This document shows positions 59,342-59,586 of a stretch of 59,586 bases of DNA, piece after piece (position 1 is the first letter of the stretch; each line of letters starts with the position of its first letter). The position numbers were made by a program, and so were the translations under genes. Origin of the DNA: a virus (lineage: Duplodnaviria; Caudoviricetes); the IMG/VR virus record IMGVR_UViG_3300026536_000001, positions 1 through 59,586 of that record, one strand, 5' to 3'. The notes beneath the pieces were generated by a model. The model worked only from the letters and a program-made list of their open reading frames with translations. It did not search any database and was not told where the DNA came from.

Positions 59342-59586
59342 TCAAACAGCACGTTGCCGCCTCCGGGCCGGTCTGGTCAACGCGGCTTCTACCAGCCAAC
59401 CCCGCTGAATCCTCGACCAAATCGCACTCCAATGGATACCCGTTTCATCCTGCCATGCCATCAAGCACTGGGTCTTCCCGAATGCAGTAATCATCCGGTT
59501 GGTTCGCCGGTTTCTAGCCTGTTCCATCCGCGTCGCCCAACAACAATTCGACGGCTCATAATTCCCAAGATTGTTCTTGCGCTCGA
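59342..59586 (-). CDS. C-terminal part of junction-spanning HNH endonuclease
   Basis: in frame with ORF starting at 521. Confidence 0.8.
   Translation of the reverse strand, partial: ERKNNLGNYEPSNCCWATRMEQARNRRTNRMITAFGKTQCLMAWQDETGIHWSAIWSRIQRGWLVEAALTRPARRRQRAV

Overview
Complete, circularly permuted ~59.46-kb dsDNA phage genome; the 127-bp end overlap is an assembly artefact. It looks podovirus-like, with no integrase or tape-measure gene seen. The minus strand carries replication and recombination genes (AAA ATPase, PD-(D/E)XK nuclease, DinG-like helicase, D5-like primase-helicase, split family-A polymerase, UDG, ERCC4 nuclease). The plus strand carries terminase, portal, scaffold, capsid, tail and ejection genes. 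There are five free-standing homing endonucleases. Main discovery: a stand-alone RAMP/Cas7-like gene (57236-57937, own consensus sigma70 promoter) is followed by a 15-unit non-coding array, and 11 more cassettes of the same grammar are scattered through the genome (~41 units). Each unit is a handle YGAA-NN-CGAG followed by (NNN-YG)n with strict 5-nt period. Deleting the YG dinucleotides and joining the triplets by hand gives contiguous sequences. At least 14 of them encode peptides matching this phage's own genes, usually the neighbouring one (terL x2, portal, scaffold, helicase, endolysin, AAA ATPase, the RAMP gene itself, others). The resident gene differs mostly at synonymous positions. Guides occur in both sense and antisense orientation, and the third triplet base falls on the codon wobble position in all 14 matches. 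Inference: an RNA-guided, bulged-guide anti-competitor system aimed at homologous alleles of related phages, with self-immunity by recoding. It resembles VIPR-type systems (recalled as GGY-NN) but uses a YG-NNN code.
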